41,130 nt of DNA from Candidatus Woesearchaeota archaeon (lineage in GTDB: Archaea; Nanobdellota; Nanobdellia; Woesearchaeales; GW2011-AR9): assembly GCA_013331555.1 (NCBI GenBank), contig DUGB01000001.1, positions 4,611 through 45,740 on the forward strand, in the 5' to 3' direction. The first letter of the stretch is position 1, and each line of letters begins with the position of its first letter. The notes under the pieces are model-generated. The model ran no database searches. It saw nothing but the letters and a program-made list of their open reading frames with translations, and was not told the origin of the DNA. The position numbers and the translations under genes are program-made. Shown piece by piece: positions 1 through 8,857 of this stretch.

Positions 1-48
1 CTTTTTTCAAGAGGTTGTGGATTCGAAAGATAACCAAGAAATAAGATT

Positions 49-465
49 TTACTTTTTCAAATACGCTTCAAAAGCAGGAACGGTTGATTCCATAATGGTG
101 TAATTCTTGTAATCTTGAGGAGTTATCCAAATATTATGGTCGTGATCATCACTTAAAATGACTTGATCCGAATCAGAAAAACATTCAACAAAAATACCAA
201 TGATCTGCCACTGTTCTCCTCGTACCGTTCTTCGCCACTCACCAACATAAAACGGTTTGCCAATAGTAACAGTTAAACCTGTTTCTTCTTTTATTTCTCT
301 TAATAAAGAATCATTAAAGTATTCTCCCGGCGTTATTCTTCCTCCAACTTCACCATACTTGCCTATCTGGGTTCCATCAGTATATTTTATGGATTCTCTG
401 ACAATGAGGATTTTATTATTGTGAACAATAAATGCTTTGGCGGCAACAAAGAGTTTCGGTTCCAT
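49..465 (-). CDS. NUDIX hydrolase
   Basis: Nudix box GGRITPGEYFNDSLLREIKEETGL. Confidence 0.9.
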   Translation of the reverse strand: MEPKLFVAAKAFIVHNNKILIVRESIKYTDGTQIGKYGEVGGRITPGEYFNDSLLREIKEETGLTVTIGKPFYVGEWRRTVRGEQWQIIGIFVECFSDSDQVILSDDHDHNIWITPQDYKNYTIMESTVPAFEAYLKK

Positions 466-512
466 TAGGAATTATTAAGAAATTGTTGTTATATAAATAT
501 TTTGATGGTAGA

Positions 513-698
513 TCAAAAACATTTCTTACAGATACCTGTATCCGCAATCCCGCCGAGCATCCAATCAATGATAAAAATAATGCCAAAGATGATCCAAATT
601 ATTAATGCCCAGCGTGGGGTATTAGCGGCGATCTAATAAATGAAATTAATCACCGCAATAACAGCGGCAGTTTCACCTACATAGGATGGTGTTTTCAT
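513..698 (-). pseudogene. Small membrane protein ORF (61 codons) interrupted by one in-frame TAG
   Basis: Hand translation MKTPSYVGETAAVIAVINFIY*IAANTPRWALIIWIIFGIIFIIDWMLGGIADTGICKKCF; TAG at 633-635; not in the ORF track. Confidence 0.5.
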
Positions 699-879
699 AT
701 TGTGTGATAAATTAATTCAAGTTTATATAGATTTACTTAATTGAATGGAGAGATGGTATACAAACTTTTCTCATTTCTTATTGAGTTGGTATATTGTCAA
801 CTTATTAATTTTAGCCGAACTATCTTTGGATGTGAAATTCTAGGAAAAGTATAAAAAGAGTATTATTCCTGAAGAGGTT

Positions 880-1485
880 ATGGATCTTAAGGATTATGTT
901 AAAGATTTTCATAGGGTATTTGATGCAGGTTATAAAACACCTTGGGAAATTACTAATAAAGCTAAAGAAATAATTATAGATTTAATGAAACATCTTGATA
1001 ATTCTTTTGTCATTAAGGATGGCGTTGCTATTCACAAAGAAGCAATTATTGAGAAAAGTACAGTCATTAGAGAACCAGTGATAATTAGCAAAGATTGTGT
1101 AGTGAGATCTGGATCTTATTTGAGAGAAGGAGTCTATCTCGCAAACGGAGTTACTATTGGACCTAACTGTGAAGTTAAATCTAGTTTTATTTTTGGAAGA
1201 ACAAGAATCGCTCATTTAAATTATGTTGGCAATTCAATAATTGGTTCTGATGTTAATCTAGAAGCTGGTGCTGTTATCGCAAATCATTTTAATGAAAAAC
1301 CAGACTCTGAAAAAAATATTAAAGTTCTGATTAATGGAGAAGTAGTTAATACAAATTCAAGTAAGTTTGGTTCTTTGATAGGTGATAAGAGTAAGATCGG
1401 AGCTAATTCAGTTTTGAGTCCTGGAACTATTCTCTTGCCAAAAACGATTGTTGGCCGTTTAGAACTTGTCGATCAACTGCAATAA
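880..1485 (+). CDS. Left-handed beta-helix (hexapeptide repeat) acyltransferase, GlmU C-terminal-like
   Basis: Hexapeptide repeats; IGPNCEVKSS, AHLNYVGNSIIG, KFGSLIGDKSKIGANSVL; no nucleotidyltransferase domain. Confidence 0.85.
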   Translation: MDLKDYVKDFHRVFDAGYKTPWEITNKAKEIIIDLMKHLDNSFVIKDGVAIHKEAIIEKSTVIREPVIISKDCVVRSGSYLREGVYLANGVTIGPNCEVKSSFIFGRTRIAHLNYVGNSIIGSDVNLEAGAVIANHFNEKPDSEKNIKVLINGEVVNTNSSKFGSLIGDKSKIGANSVLSPGTILLPKTIVGRLELVDQLQ

Positions 1486-1593
1486 TTTATGTACAATATC
1501 GTGAACTCCAATCCTATCTTCAACAAAAATAGATCATTGTGGTAATGTTTATCACTTCTTACAAAGATATAGTACCATAACTACAAATAGGAT

Positions 1594-2739
1594 ATGGTCA
1601 TAACCATAGATGAACTAAAAGTAAAGAAACCACAGGAGAGGAAAATTTCTGTGGATAATAATGATGACTTTACAGCGGTATTGGAGCTGCACCAAGGAAG
1701 AACGTTTGTGGAACGAAAATATGATGGATATGGTATCATTGTTGATACGCGCGACGATGTTCAATTATATAGTCTTTCAAAAAGTCGTTGGAATCCTGCC
1801 TGTGTACCGGAGTTACAACAAGATTTAGACAATCTTCCTCGTGGAGTGTATATCGGTGAAATCGTTGGAAAAGAAACACATCCTGGATTCACTCATCAAG
1901 AAGAGTTTGGAGCTGTCACTGCACGGAATTTAGTTCAGCCAAATGAGAGAATACAGCAATTGGCAGCAGAGCATCCGTTGGAAATACGTGTTTATGATGT
2001 TTTGGAATTGGAAGGACGCGTGCTTGCTCATACTCCACGGGAATATGTGCGGAGTATTCTGGAAGAAACAGTGCATTATGATTCTATTCTTCCTGTTGAG
2101 CAGCGCGATGTGCAACGAGCTGAGCAGTTACAAGAATTAACACGACGTTGTTTTGCAGCGGGAAAAGAAGGCTTTGTGGTTAAAAACCCACAGGCACGAT
2201 ATTCATCTTCAGCAACAGAAGTCCGTGGAGAACGAAATGATGATTGGCTGAAAATCAAGAGAGCAGTGACGTTTGATTTAGCTGTCGTAGGGTTGTATCA
2301 GACAGAAGCACGACAGCGACAGGGTTGGCCATGCTCAAATGCGTTATTGTGTACGTATAATGATGAGAGCGGCTTGTTTGAAACGATGGTAAAGTTGACT
2401 ATACCTTCGCGAGCAGTGGCGGAAGAGATGTATGAAAAAGTGAGAAAGAATATTTCTGAAAAGATAAATGATACTGTGGTGACCTATACGGAAAGAATTC
2501 CGGCAGGAAAAGTTCCTCTGTTGTATGTTGTGAATCCGTTACAGAATGCACCGGTAATAGAAGTTGGAGCGATGCAAGTTACAGCACCGCAGGATTCCTG
2601 GCATTCTTGTGGAAGAACATATGGACAAGTTCATTCATTACGCCATCCGGTCTTTGCCCGCTTTCGAGAGAAACTGCCGGTAGAAGCAACGACGACACGG
2701 CAGATTGTGGAATATGTGGGAAATGAGATTAATTTATAA
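1594..2739 (+). CDS. Minimal ATP-dependent DNA ligase-like protein (adenylation + OB domains)
   Basis: Motif I ERKYDG, III IGEIV, IIIa RVYDVL, IV EGFVVK, V WLKIK, VI LRHPVFARFREK; no N-terminal DNA-binding domain. Confidence 0.8.
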   Translation: MVITIDELKVKKPQERKISVDNNDDFTAVLELHQGRTFVERKYDGYGIIVDTRDDVQLYSLSKSRWNPACVPELQQDLDNLPRGVYIGEIVGKETHPGFTHQEEFGAVTARNLVQPNERIQQLAAEHPLEIRVYDVLELEGRVLAHTPREYVRSILEETVHYDSILPVEQRDVQRAEQLQELTRRCFAAGKEGFVVKNPQARYSSSATEVRGERNDDWLKIKRAVTFDLAVVGLYQTEARQRQGWPCSNALLCTYNDESGLFETMVKLTIPSRAVAEEMYEKVRKNISEKINDTVVTYTERIPAGKVPLLYVVNPLQNAPVIEVGAMQVTAPQDSWHSCGRTYGQVHSLRHPVFARFREKLPVEATTTRQIVEYVGNEINL

Positions 2740-2762
2740 ATCGTCTTCTTTTCAAAAGTAAT

Positions 2763-3170
2763 ATGACTGGAATAATTTGGCAACCAATCGCATTATACCA
2801 ACCAGGATTTAATTTTGATATCGTTTTGGATGATCGATTTGCCGAGGAAATGATTAAAACTAATTTGTCTCAAAGCGTTCAAGAAAGAATGAATGGTTTG
2901 GGAACTGACCTCACTACAAGATTGGGCCACTCTTGGCTAAGCCCTTTTACTTTTTATGAAAGTACTGCTTTTGTGAGTCAATTTTCTTTGGGTCAAAATG
3001 GTGTTTGGTTAGTTGTAGATAATTATTTTAAAAAAGAGCAATTAGAAGATAAAAAAGCCGTCAGATATACTACTCATAATGTGGATAATTCTTCACAGGC
3101 ATATGCTTTAATGGCTTTAGTTGATCTGTGGGTTAGCTATGCCGATACGTTGAAAAGTTTACAAGAATAA
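2763..3170 (+). CDS. Hypothetical protein
   Basis: 135-aa ORF directly after the ligase; no motif recognised. Confidence 0.65.
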   Translation: MTGIIWQPIALYQPGFNFDIVLDDRFAEEMIKTNLSQSVQERMNGLGTDLTTRLGHSWLSPFTFYESTAFVSQFSLGQNGVWLVVDNYFKKEQLEDKKAVRYTTHNVDNSSQAYALMALVDLWVSYADTLKSLQE

Positions 3171-3191
3171 AGAATTATGGAGCATAACCGT

Positions 3192-3674
3192 TTACATTCT
3201 CTGCAATTCTTTTACTTTCGCTAATACGTCCGCAGCGTGGTCTTTGACATTAACATCCCGCCAGATCCAAGCAATTTTGCCTTGCGGATTGAGAAGAAAC
3301 GTGGTGCGGAGAACACTGAGGTATTCTCGACCCATGAACTTTTTCTTGCCCCAGACGTTGTATTGTTCAAGAACAGTATGTTTTTCATCGCTTAAAAGAG
3401 TGATGTGATTCAATTTTTGTTTTTCAAAGAATTTACAATGGCTTTTCGGTGAATCTGGACTGATCCCAAAGACCGGAGCTTTTTGCTTGACGAATTCAGA
3501 ATATAATTTTGTGAAGTCTTGTGCTTCGATCGTACAACCAGGAGTATCATCTTTAGGGTAAAAGTAAAGCACAAGCCAGTTGCCTTGAAGAGCTTTTTCT
3601 AAAGAAATAGGATCATTATCCCTATTGGGAAGAGTAAAGAGTGGTGCTTTACTGCCAATGGTAAGTTCGGTCAT
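3192..3674 (-). CDS. bcp: Peroxiredoxin, BCP/PrxQ family
   Basis: LYFYPKDDTPGCTIEAQDF; start moved to MTELTIG, which leaves a TATA-like motif upstream. Confidence 0.92.
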   Translation of the reverse strand: MTELTIGSKAPLFTLPNRDNDPISLEKALQGNWLVLYFYPKDDTPGCTIEAQDFTKLYSEFVKQKAPVFGISPDSPKSHCKFFEKQKLNHITLLSDEKHTVLEQYNVWGKKKFMGREYLSVLRTTFLLNPQGKIAWIWRDVNVKDHAADVLAKVKELQRM

Positions 3675-3763
3675 TCTATTATTAGCGATCGTGTGGAGAT
3701 ATATAAAGATTGAGCTTAGTCTTAATAACAACATTTATATTTTGTAGACAATTCATTAATACT

Positions 3764-4162
3764 ATGCCTTTGTACGAAAAGAAGTGGTGGAAAAATGTTT
3801 TTAGAAAGGAAAAGAAAGCTAAATCAGCGGATACACTGTCCGATATTGAAGCCATACACGAATTCTTGCATGATTCCAAGAATGATTTGATAATGATGTT
3901 AGCTTTTCTGGAAGAATTTGAAGAGCTTGAGAAAGAAAGGGAAGTGGCGACACCAGGTATTCTTCACGTCAATTTGCAACGACAGGCAGAGGTTATGACT
4001 AAACTGCTGGAACATTATTCTTTTTTTGAAGATGATGTGGCAATCAATGGAATAAGAATAAAAGAAATGGCGAAGAAGCTGCTAAAGCATGCGGAACATG
4101 CTGGTATGCATGATCTTGTCAAGGAGAAAAAAGAAAATCCACACTGGCAAGGAAAGTGGTGA
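3764..4162 (+). CDS. Hypothetical helical protein
   Basis: ATG start MPLYEKK downstream of TTTATAT; charged helical composition. Confidence 0.7.
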   Translation: MPLYEKKWWKNVFRKEKKAKSADTLSDIEAIHEFLHDSKNDLIMMLAFLEEFEELEKEREVATPGILHVNLQRQAEVMTKLLEHYSFFEDDVAINGIRIKEMAKKLLKHAEHAGMHDLVKEKKENPHWQGKW

Positions 4163-4723
4163 CTAGCGAACGAAAACAAAATACTTTTCTTTGCCTTCAA
4201 GTTCGGATAAAATTCTTTTGATGACGACTTGTTTAGGATTAGGTATCAATTTAACACGGTTACGGATGTCGTCAAAACTCTCGAATAATTTTACTTTTCG
4301 AGCTTCAATAACTTCCCACATATGTTTTTTACCAAAACCAGGCAAGAGCTCAAGCTGGTGCATGCGCATGCTTAAAGGCTGTGCTTTGTTGAAAAAATCC
4401 AAAAAGCGCGGTTCGTCTTGAGAGACAACCTCTTCAACAGCAGTTTCAAGAGTATTACGTCCGGTGGAGGTCAGTTTTTCTGTGCCAATGCGGCCTTTAA
4501 TATGATGAATTTCATCACGCTTGCCTTCACCAATATAGACACTTTGACCTGGCTGGAGGAAAATGCCTTTCTTAGGGATGAGTTCAAGAACGGTAAGATG
4601 TGTTGTGCCAAGAGCTTGGACAATCGGTGTTTTCATCGCCGCATCATCAAAAGGATACCCATGAGGGAGAAAATCTAGCACAATGGCGTTCTCTTCACGG
4701 ACAGTTTGTTGTGGCGGGATCAT
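4163..4723 (-). CDS. DUF655 family predicted RNA-binding protein
   Basis: VLDFLPHG, FFNKAQPLSMRMHQLELLPGFGKK; conserved archaeal rpl21e-rpoF-DUF655 order. Confidence 0.9.
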   Translation of the reverse strand: MIPPQQTVREENAIVLDFLPHGYPFDDAAMKTPIVQALGTTHLTVLELIPKKGIFLQPGQSVYIGEGKRDEIHHIKGRIGTEKLTSTGRNTLETAVEEVVSQDEPRFLDFFNKAQPLSMRMHQLELLPGFGKKHMWEVIEARKVKLFESFDDIRNRVKLIPNPKQVVIKRILSELEGKEKYFVFVR

Positions 4724-4776
4724 AGGGTTAGAATTCCGGCGGTGTTAATAAAAATTGCGTTTTGAAACACACCGCG

Positions 4777-5124
4777 TTAGGAGACGATTTCTTTCACCGT
4801 CGCGGCAATGCTCTCCTGGTCTTTTTTGGCCAGGCTCACATTGTACCCTTGGAAGATGATTTTAACATCGTTCGGGGTTTGGGGCAGAAAATCAAGAATT
4901 TTAGTAATATGTTCTTCTTTAAGACGAGTCACGTCGAGACCGGCAAGTTTTTTCAGAAGCTGTTCTTTTTTCTCGGATGAAAGAGGAGTGAATAAGTCAA
5001 CGTATTCTTTTACTTTCGTCGTGGTATGACCAAGCTGCTGGTCACGTTTTTCAATGTGCTTGATGATTTCGTGAACGTCAGATAAAGGTACTGGTTTTTG
5101 TTCTATGAATTTGGGGGAAACCAT
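4777..5124 (-). CDS. rpoF: DNA-directed RNA polymerase subunit F (Rpo4)
   Basis: KILDFLPQTPNDVKIIF motif; position between rpl21e and DUF655. Confidence 0.85.
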   Translation of the reverse strand: MVSPKFIEQKPVPLSDVHEIIKHIEKRDQQLGHTTTKVKEYVDLFTPLSSEKKEQLLKKLAGLDVTRLKEEHITKILDFLPQTPNDVKIIFQGYNVSLAKKDQESIAATVKEIVS

Positions 5125-5131
5125 GGGACAT

Positions 5132-5422
5132 TTATTGTTTTTTTAAGTGGATAGGATGCACGTAGAGAAGCTTTTGCTTGTCTCCATCATTAACAGTGAC
5201 TTGATAACAGAAACCACGACGACCAGTTACGGTGCCAGTAAGACCATGAAATCGTGGATAGAAACGACCTTTGTCAATCGAGGAATTGATGATGAGATTA
5301 ACTTTGTCACCATCTTTAAGATCTTGAAAGTATTGGCTTAAAGGGATTTTTCCCCGCTCTTTGTAATGTTTAATGTACTTATAGCGTGTCTTACGCTGTT
5401 GCGTACCAATACGTCCTCCCAT
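5132..5422 (-). CDS. rpl21e: 50S ribosomal protein L21e
   Basis: GRFYPRFHGLTGTV...VHPIHLK. Confidence 0.93.
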   Translation of the reverse strand: MGGRIGTQQRKTRYKYIKHYKERGKIPLSQYFQDLKDGDKVNLIINSSIDKGRFYPRFHGLTGTVTGRRGFCYQVTVNDGDKQKLLYVHPIHLKKQ

Positions 5423-5509
5423 GGTCAATCAAATTAGGGGTTGATTTATAAAGATTTCGGCAGTTAAAAAAGAGTTTTTTGATTATTCTTGAGAATGAGT
5501 GTAATTAGT

Positions 5510-5884
5510 CTATTGAGGAAATAGTTGTCTAATTTGAGCGACGATCTTATCGTCATCATAAGGTATTGCTGTCCATTGAGCAATATCTTGTGATCCTACA
5601 AAACCACAAGCTTCTAATTCACTCCGACGGCCATAATCTGCTCCAATGACGGAAATATGTCTGGATCTTAGTTCTCTTATTAGTTGAGCACTTTGATCAA
5701 AAATTTGGCCAGGAATAGTCGGATTGACAACAGCAACAGTATAGCGTGAATCTTCTCTCGCTAGTAAATCTAGTGCACCTCGATATGCGGCAACATGATC
5801 AACCCGAGGAAAATTACTTTGAAGAGCTTCCCGCGTAGATTCCGTTCTATCTATTTCATCAACAAACAAAACATTAATTGTCAT
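5510..5884 (-). CDS. Degenerate receiver (CheY-like) domain protein
   Basis: INVLFVDE start and beta/alpha pattern; VAVVNPTIPG has Asn where the phospho-Asp is expected. Confidence 0.55.
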   Translation of the reverse strand: MTINVLFVDEIDRTESTREALQSNFPRVDHVAAYRGALDLLAREDSRYTVAVVNPTIPGQIFDQSAQLIRELRSRHISVIGADYGRRSELEACGFVGSQDIAQWTAIPYDDDKIVAQIRQLFPQ

Positions 5885-5943
5885 TGAGTCCGCAATATAA
5901 AGAGGTTTATTTAAATTTTTCTGTATTAATTACTAAAAAGTCA

Positions 5944-6141
5944 TGAGAAATTCGCTGAAAGTGTCTCACCCCGCCATAAATGGCGAGGCTTGAACATAGA
6001 CACTTTCTTTGATAGGCGAATTTCTGTGACACAAGAAAGCGAAAGCTTTCTGTGCAGAATGTTTTTTACATTCTTGCACCAGAAAAGCAGAAAGACAGCA
6101 TTCATCCCCGATCTAAAGAACGGGGCTTTCTGCTTTTCTCA
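5944..6141. mobile_element. Non-autonomous IS200/IS605-like remnant: left- and right-end hairpins with no ORF
   Basis: CACCCCGCCATAAATGGCGAGGCTTG and GCATTCATCCCCGATCTAAAGAACGGGGCTTTC resemble IS200/IS605 subterminal palindromes; each sits inside a longer inverted repeat. Confidence 0.55.
6030..6079. repeat. Twin-hairpin insertion element
   Basis: CAC-AAGAAAGC gaaa GCTTTCT-GTG-CAGAATGT..ACATTCTTG-CAC; stems match the reverse complement of 31875-31939. Confidence 0.7.
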
Positions 6142-6200
6142 GTGTAATTATTATGGTGGAGCAATTTTATAAAGAATAGTAAAAATAAGTTGTTAACACC

Positions 6201-7886
6201 ATGGAACAGGAATTTTATATCGAGATCATTGGATCATTGAAAGAGAAGCAGTATTCAGAACGGGAGTTGACAAAACTAAAGCGAGATTTAGCACTCAAAC
6301 ACAAACTAAAGAAAATTCCAACGAATATTGAAGTTCTCCTCCATGCCGATGTGAAAGATATTCCGGCTCTACGAAAAGTATTGCTGACAAAACCTGTTCG
6401 CACTATTTCAGGAGTGTCGCCTCTCGCCATCATGACCGCACCGCATCGCTGTCCGCATGGGAAATGTACGTTCTGTCCAGGAGGAATTGGCTCACCGTGG
6501 GGTGATGTTCCGCAATCATACACCGGCCATGAGCCGGCAACAATGCGCGCAATACGCAATAAATATGATCCTTATTTGATTGTCTTCAATCGCTTAGAAC
6601 AGTATGCCATTCTCGGACACAGCTTCGATAAAGTTGAATTTATTATTATGGGTGGAACGTTTCCTTCTATTCCGAAAGCCAATCAAGAAGAGGTGATTAA
6701 GGACGCCTACCGCGGGTTGAATGATTTTGCAGAACTCTTTTTTGACGCAGAAGGTGAATTTGATTTTTTGAAGTTTAAAGAATTCTTTGAACTGCCGGGA
6801 GATATTCATAACCTAACGAGAACAAATGCAGTGCAAGAAAAGATTTTGAAATACAAGCAAAAAAGAGAAACAACACTTGAAGAGGAACAACAACGGAATG
6901 AGACGGCAGAAATTCGTTGTGTGGCGTTGTGCATCGAAACAAAACCAGATTGGGGATTTCTTGACCATGGAAATGAAATGCTCCGCCAAGGCTGTACACG
7001 GGTTGAATTAGGAATTGAATCGGTGTATGATGATGTGTTAAAAATAGTTCATCGGGGACATACCGCCGCAGATTCAATAAAATCCATCCAAATTCTGCGT
7101 GATTTAGGTTTCAAAATTAATTTTCATTATATGCCGGGATTGCCGCTGACGGACAAAGAACGGGATGCGGCGGGAATGAAGCAATTGTTTACCGATCAAC
7201 ACTATCGACCGGATATGATCAAAATGTATCCGTGCATGGTTGGACCAGGAACGGCGTTGTATCAACAGTATAAATTAGGAAAATTTACGCCGTTAACGAC
7301 GGCACAAGCAGCAGATTTACTGGTGGAATGGAAAAAGGAAGTACCGGAGTATTGCCGGATTCAACGCATTCAACGAGACGTGCCGACGAAGTATTGGGAG
7401 GCGGGCGTTGATTTGACTAATCTACGACAGTACATGCTTGATCATTATGATGTCCGATGCCGTTGTATTCGTTGCCGTGAACCAAAAGGAAAAGTTGTAG
7501 ATTGGAATAATGTGAAAATTAAAGTAATGGAATATGAGGCATCAAATGGAAAAGAATTTTTTATTGCTGCGGAAGACATAACGAACGATATTTTGATTGG
7601 GTTTTGCCGCCTGCGATTTCCAGGACAGTATTTACGATCAGAGATAACACCAGCGAGTGCGCTAATTCGAGAATTACATGTGTATGGAACAGCAACAGCA
7701 ATCGGAGAAGATGGCGTTGTACAGCATCGCGGTTGGGGAAAGAAGCTGATGGAAAAAGCGGAGGAGATTGCTAAACACCATGGTAAAGAGAAAATGGTTG
7801 TGATTGCAGGTGTCGGTGTGCGGGAGTATTATCGATTGAAATTAGGGTATGAACGAGAATGGATGTATATGGTTAAGAAGTTGTAA
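6201..7886 (+). CDS. elp3: tRNA uridine(34) acetyltransferase Elp3 (radical SAM + GNAT)
   Basis: CPHGKCTFC, PQSYTGHEPA, ETKPD, CRCIRCRE, IRELHVYG, QHRGWGKKL. Confidence 0.96.
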   Translation: MEQEFYIEIIGSLKEKQYSERELTKLKRDLALKHKLKKIPTNIEVLLHADVKDIPALRKVLLTKPVRTISGVSPLAIMTAPHRCPHGKCTFCPGGIGSPWGDVPQSYTGHEPATMRAIRNKYDPYLIVFNRLEQYAILGHSFDKVEFIIMGGTFPSIPKANQEEVIKDAYRGLNDFAELFFDAEGEFDFLKFKEFFELPGDIHNLTRTNAVQEKILKYKQKRETTLEEEQQRNETAEIRCVALCIETKPDWGFLDHGNEMLRQGCTRVELGIESVYDDVLKIVHRGHTAADSIKSIQILRDLGFKINFHYMPGLPLTDKERDAAGMKQLFTDQHYRPDMIKMYPCMVGPGTALYQQYKLGKFTPLTTAQAADLLVEWKKEVPEYCRIQRIQRDVPTKYWEAGVDLTNLRQYMLDHYDVRCRCIRCREPKGKVVDWNNVKIKVMEYEASNGKEFFIAAEDITNDILIGFCRLRFPGQYLRSEITPASALIRELHVYGTATAIGEDGVVQHRGWGKKLMEKAEEIAKHHGKEKMVVIAGVGVREYYRLKLGYEREWMYMVKKL

Positions 7887-7957
7887 ATCTGTTTAAGTTA
7901 TTACTATTAAGGGATATATTTAGAAATATTTATAAATAGAATTAAGTTTAGAATACT

Positions 7958-8392
7958 ATGGCAAGAACAAGAAATGCTGCGTATGCAGCTTTAATACTCA
8001 ATAACGTGGGAGCTTTGACTGGCTGTGGAACTGAAGTTGATTCTGAACCATTAGACAGACTTCAACGTCAAGATGTTGCAAATCAATGCTATACTGATTC
8101 TGAAATGAATGCACGACGTAGTATTGTAGAAGAGTTTGATGGCCATAACGGCGATGTGCATCCAGGCCGACTTCAAGCAGCAACATTAGTTGATATGCAG
8201 CGATTTATGGGATATTGCTTAACGGGAGAATTAGGATATGATGTTGGCTGTGCAGCGTATGTTGATGGAATGAGTGTTGATGTTATTGAAATGATTAAAG
8301 AAAGAAAACACGGTGACGTTCTTTTCCAATGCACAAGCAGAGATAAAAAAGGAAATCGACGCGTTGATTACAAACAAACTTTTTCACTATAA
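7958..8392 (+). CDS. Putative lipoprotein, paralog 1
   Basis: Signal peptide ending LTGC; four further Cys align with the next ORF. Confidence 0.7.
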   Translation: MARTRNAAYAALILNNVGALTGCGTEVDSEPLDRLQRQDVANQCYTDSEMNARRSIVEEFDGHNGDVHPGRLQAATLVDMQRFMGYCLTGELGYDVGCAAYVDGMSVDVIEMIKERKHGDVLFQCTSRDKKGNRRVDYKQTFSL

Positions 8393-8404
8393 AGGGGAGA
8401 GCAG

Positions 8405-8842
8405 ATGAGACCTTTTTCTCGATGGGCGGTATCATATCTAGCAGCTAGTTGGGCGTTCGTTGTTGCAGCATGTGGTGATCTCCCCGTAGTAAGACCTGAA
8501 AATCTTCAAGATTCTATTGAGCAATGTGATTACGAATCAAAAAGAGCTGCGCGAGAAGAGCTTCAACGACAGTTTGGAAGTCATGATAGAGAGATTAATA
8601 GGAATAGATTACAAGCAGAAGATATGCGCCAGAGGCAATTAAACTATGCATTTTGCTTGGAAAATTATTTAGGAGCAGATGCTGGTTCAATTAATTGCCA
8701 ATTTTATGATCTGCGAGCGGTTGATATTTTTGAGGCATTAAAAGGAAGTCAACAGGGTAAACGTTATCATTTTCAATGCGATACTGATGACGAGAATGGA
8801 TTTATAGATGTTCTGGTAACGAAAGAATTTTATTTTGATTGA
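8405..8842 (+). CDS. Putative lipoprotein, paralog 2
   Basis: Signal peptide ending VAAC; shares QC..S...AR, RLQA, CL...LG, VD..E..K and FQC with the previous ORF. Confidence 0.7.
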   Translation: MRPFSRWAVSYLAASWAFVVAACGDLPVVRPENLQDSIEQCDYESKRAAREELQRQFGSHDREINRNRLQAEDMRQRQLNYAFCLENYLGADAGSINCQFYDLRAVDIFEALKGSQQGKRYHFQCDTDDENGFIDVLVTKEFYFD

Positions 8843-8857
8843 GTATTTGTAATCTTT

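Noticed and set aside
744..803. Two weak hairpins, each containing GAG(A/T)TGGTATA, reminiscent of the ftsZ leader motif
   Set aside because: Stems are short and AT/GU-rich and there are only two copies; cannot be separated from chance
5990..6172. 60-aa ORF in the track
   Set aside because: TTG start, lies wholly within the hairpin-rich element, no protein-like features
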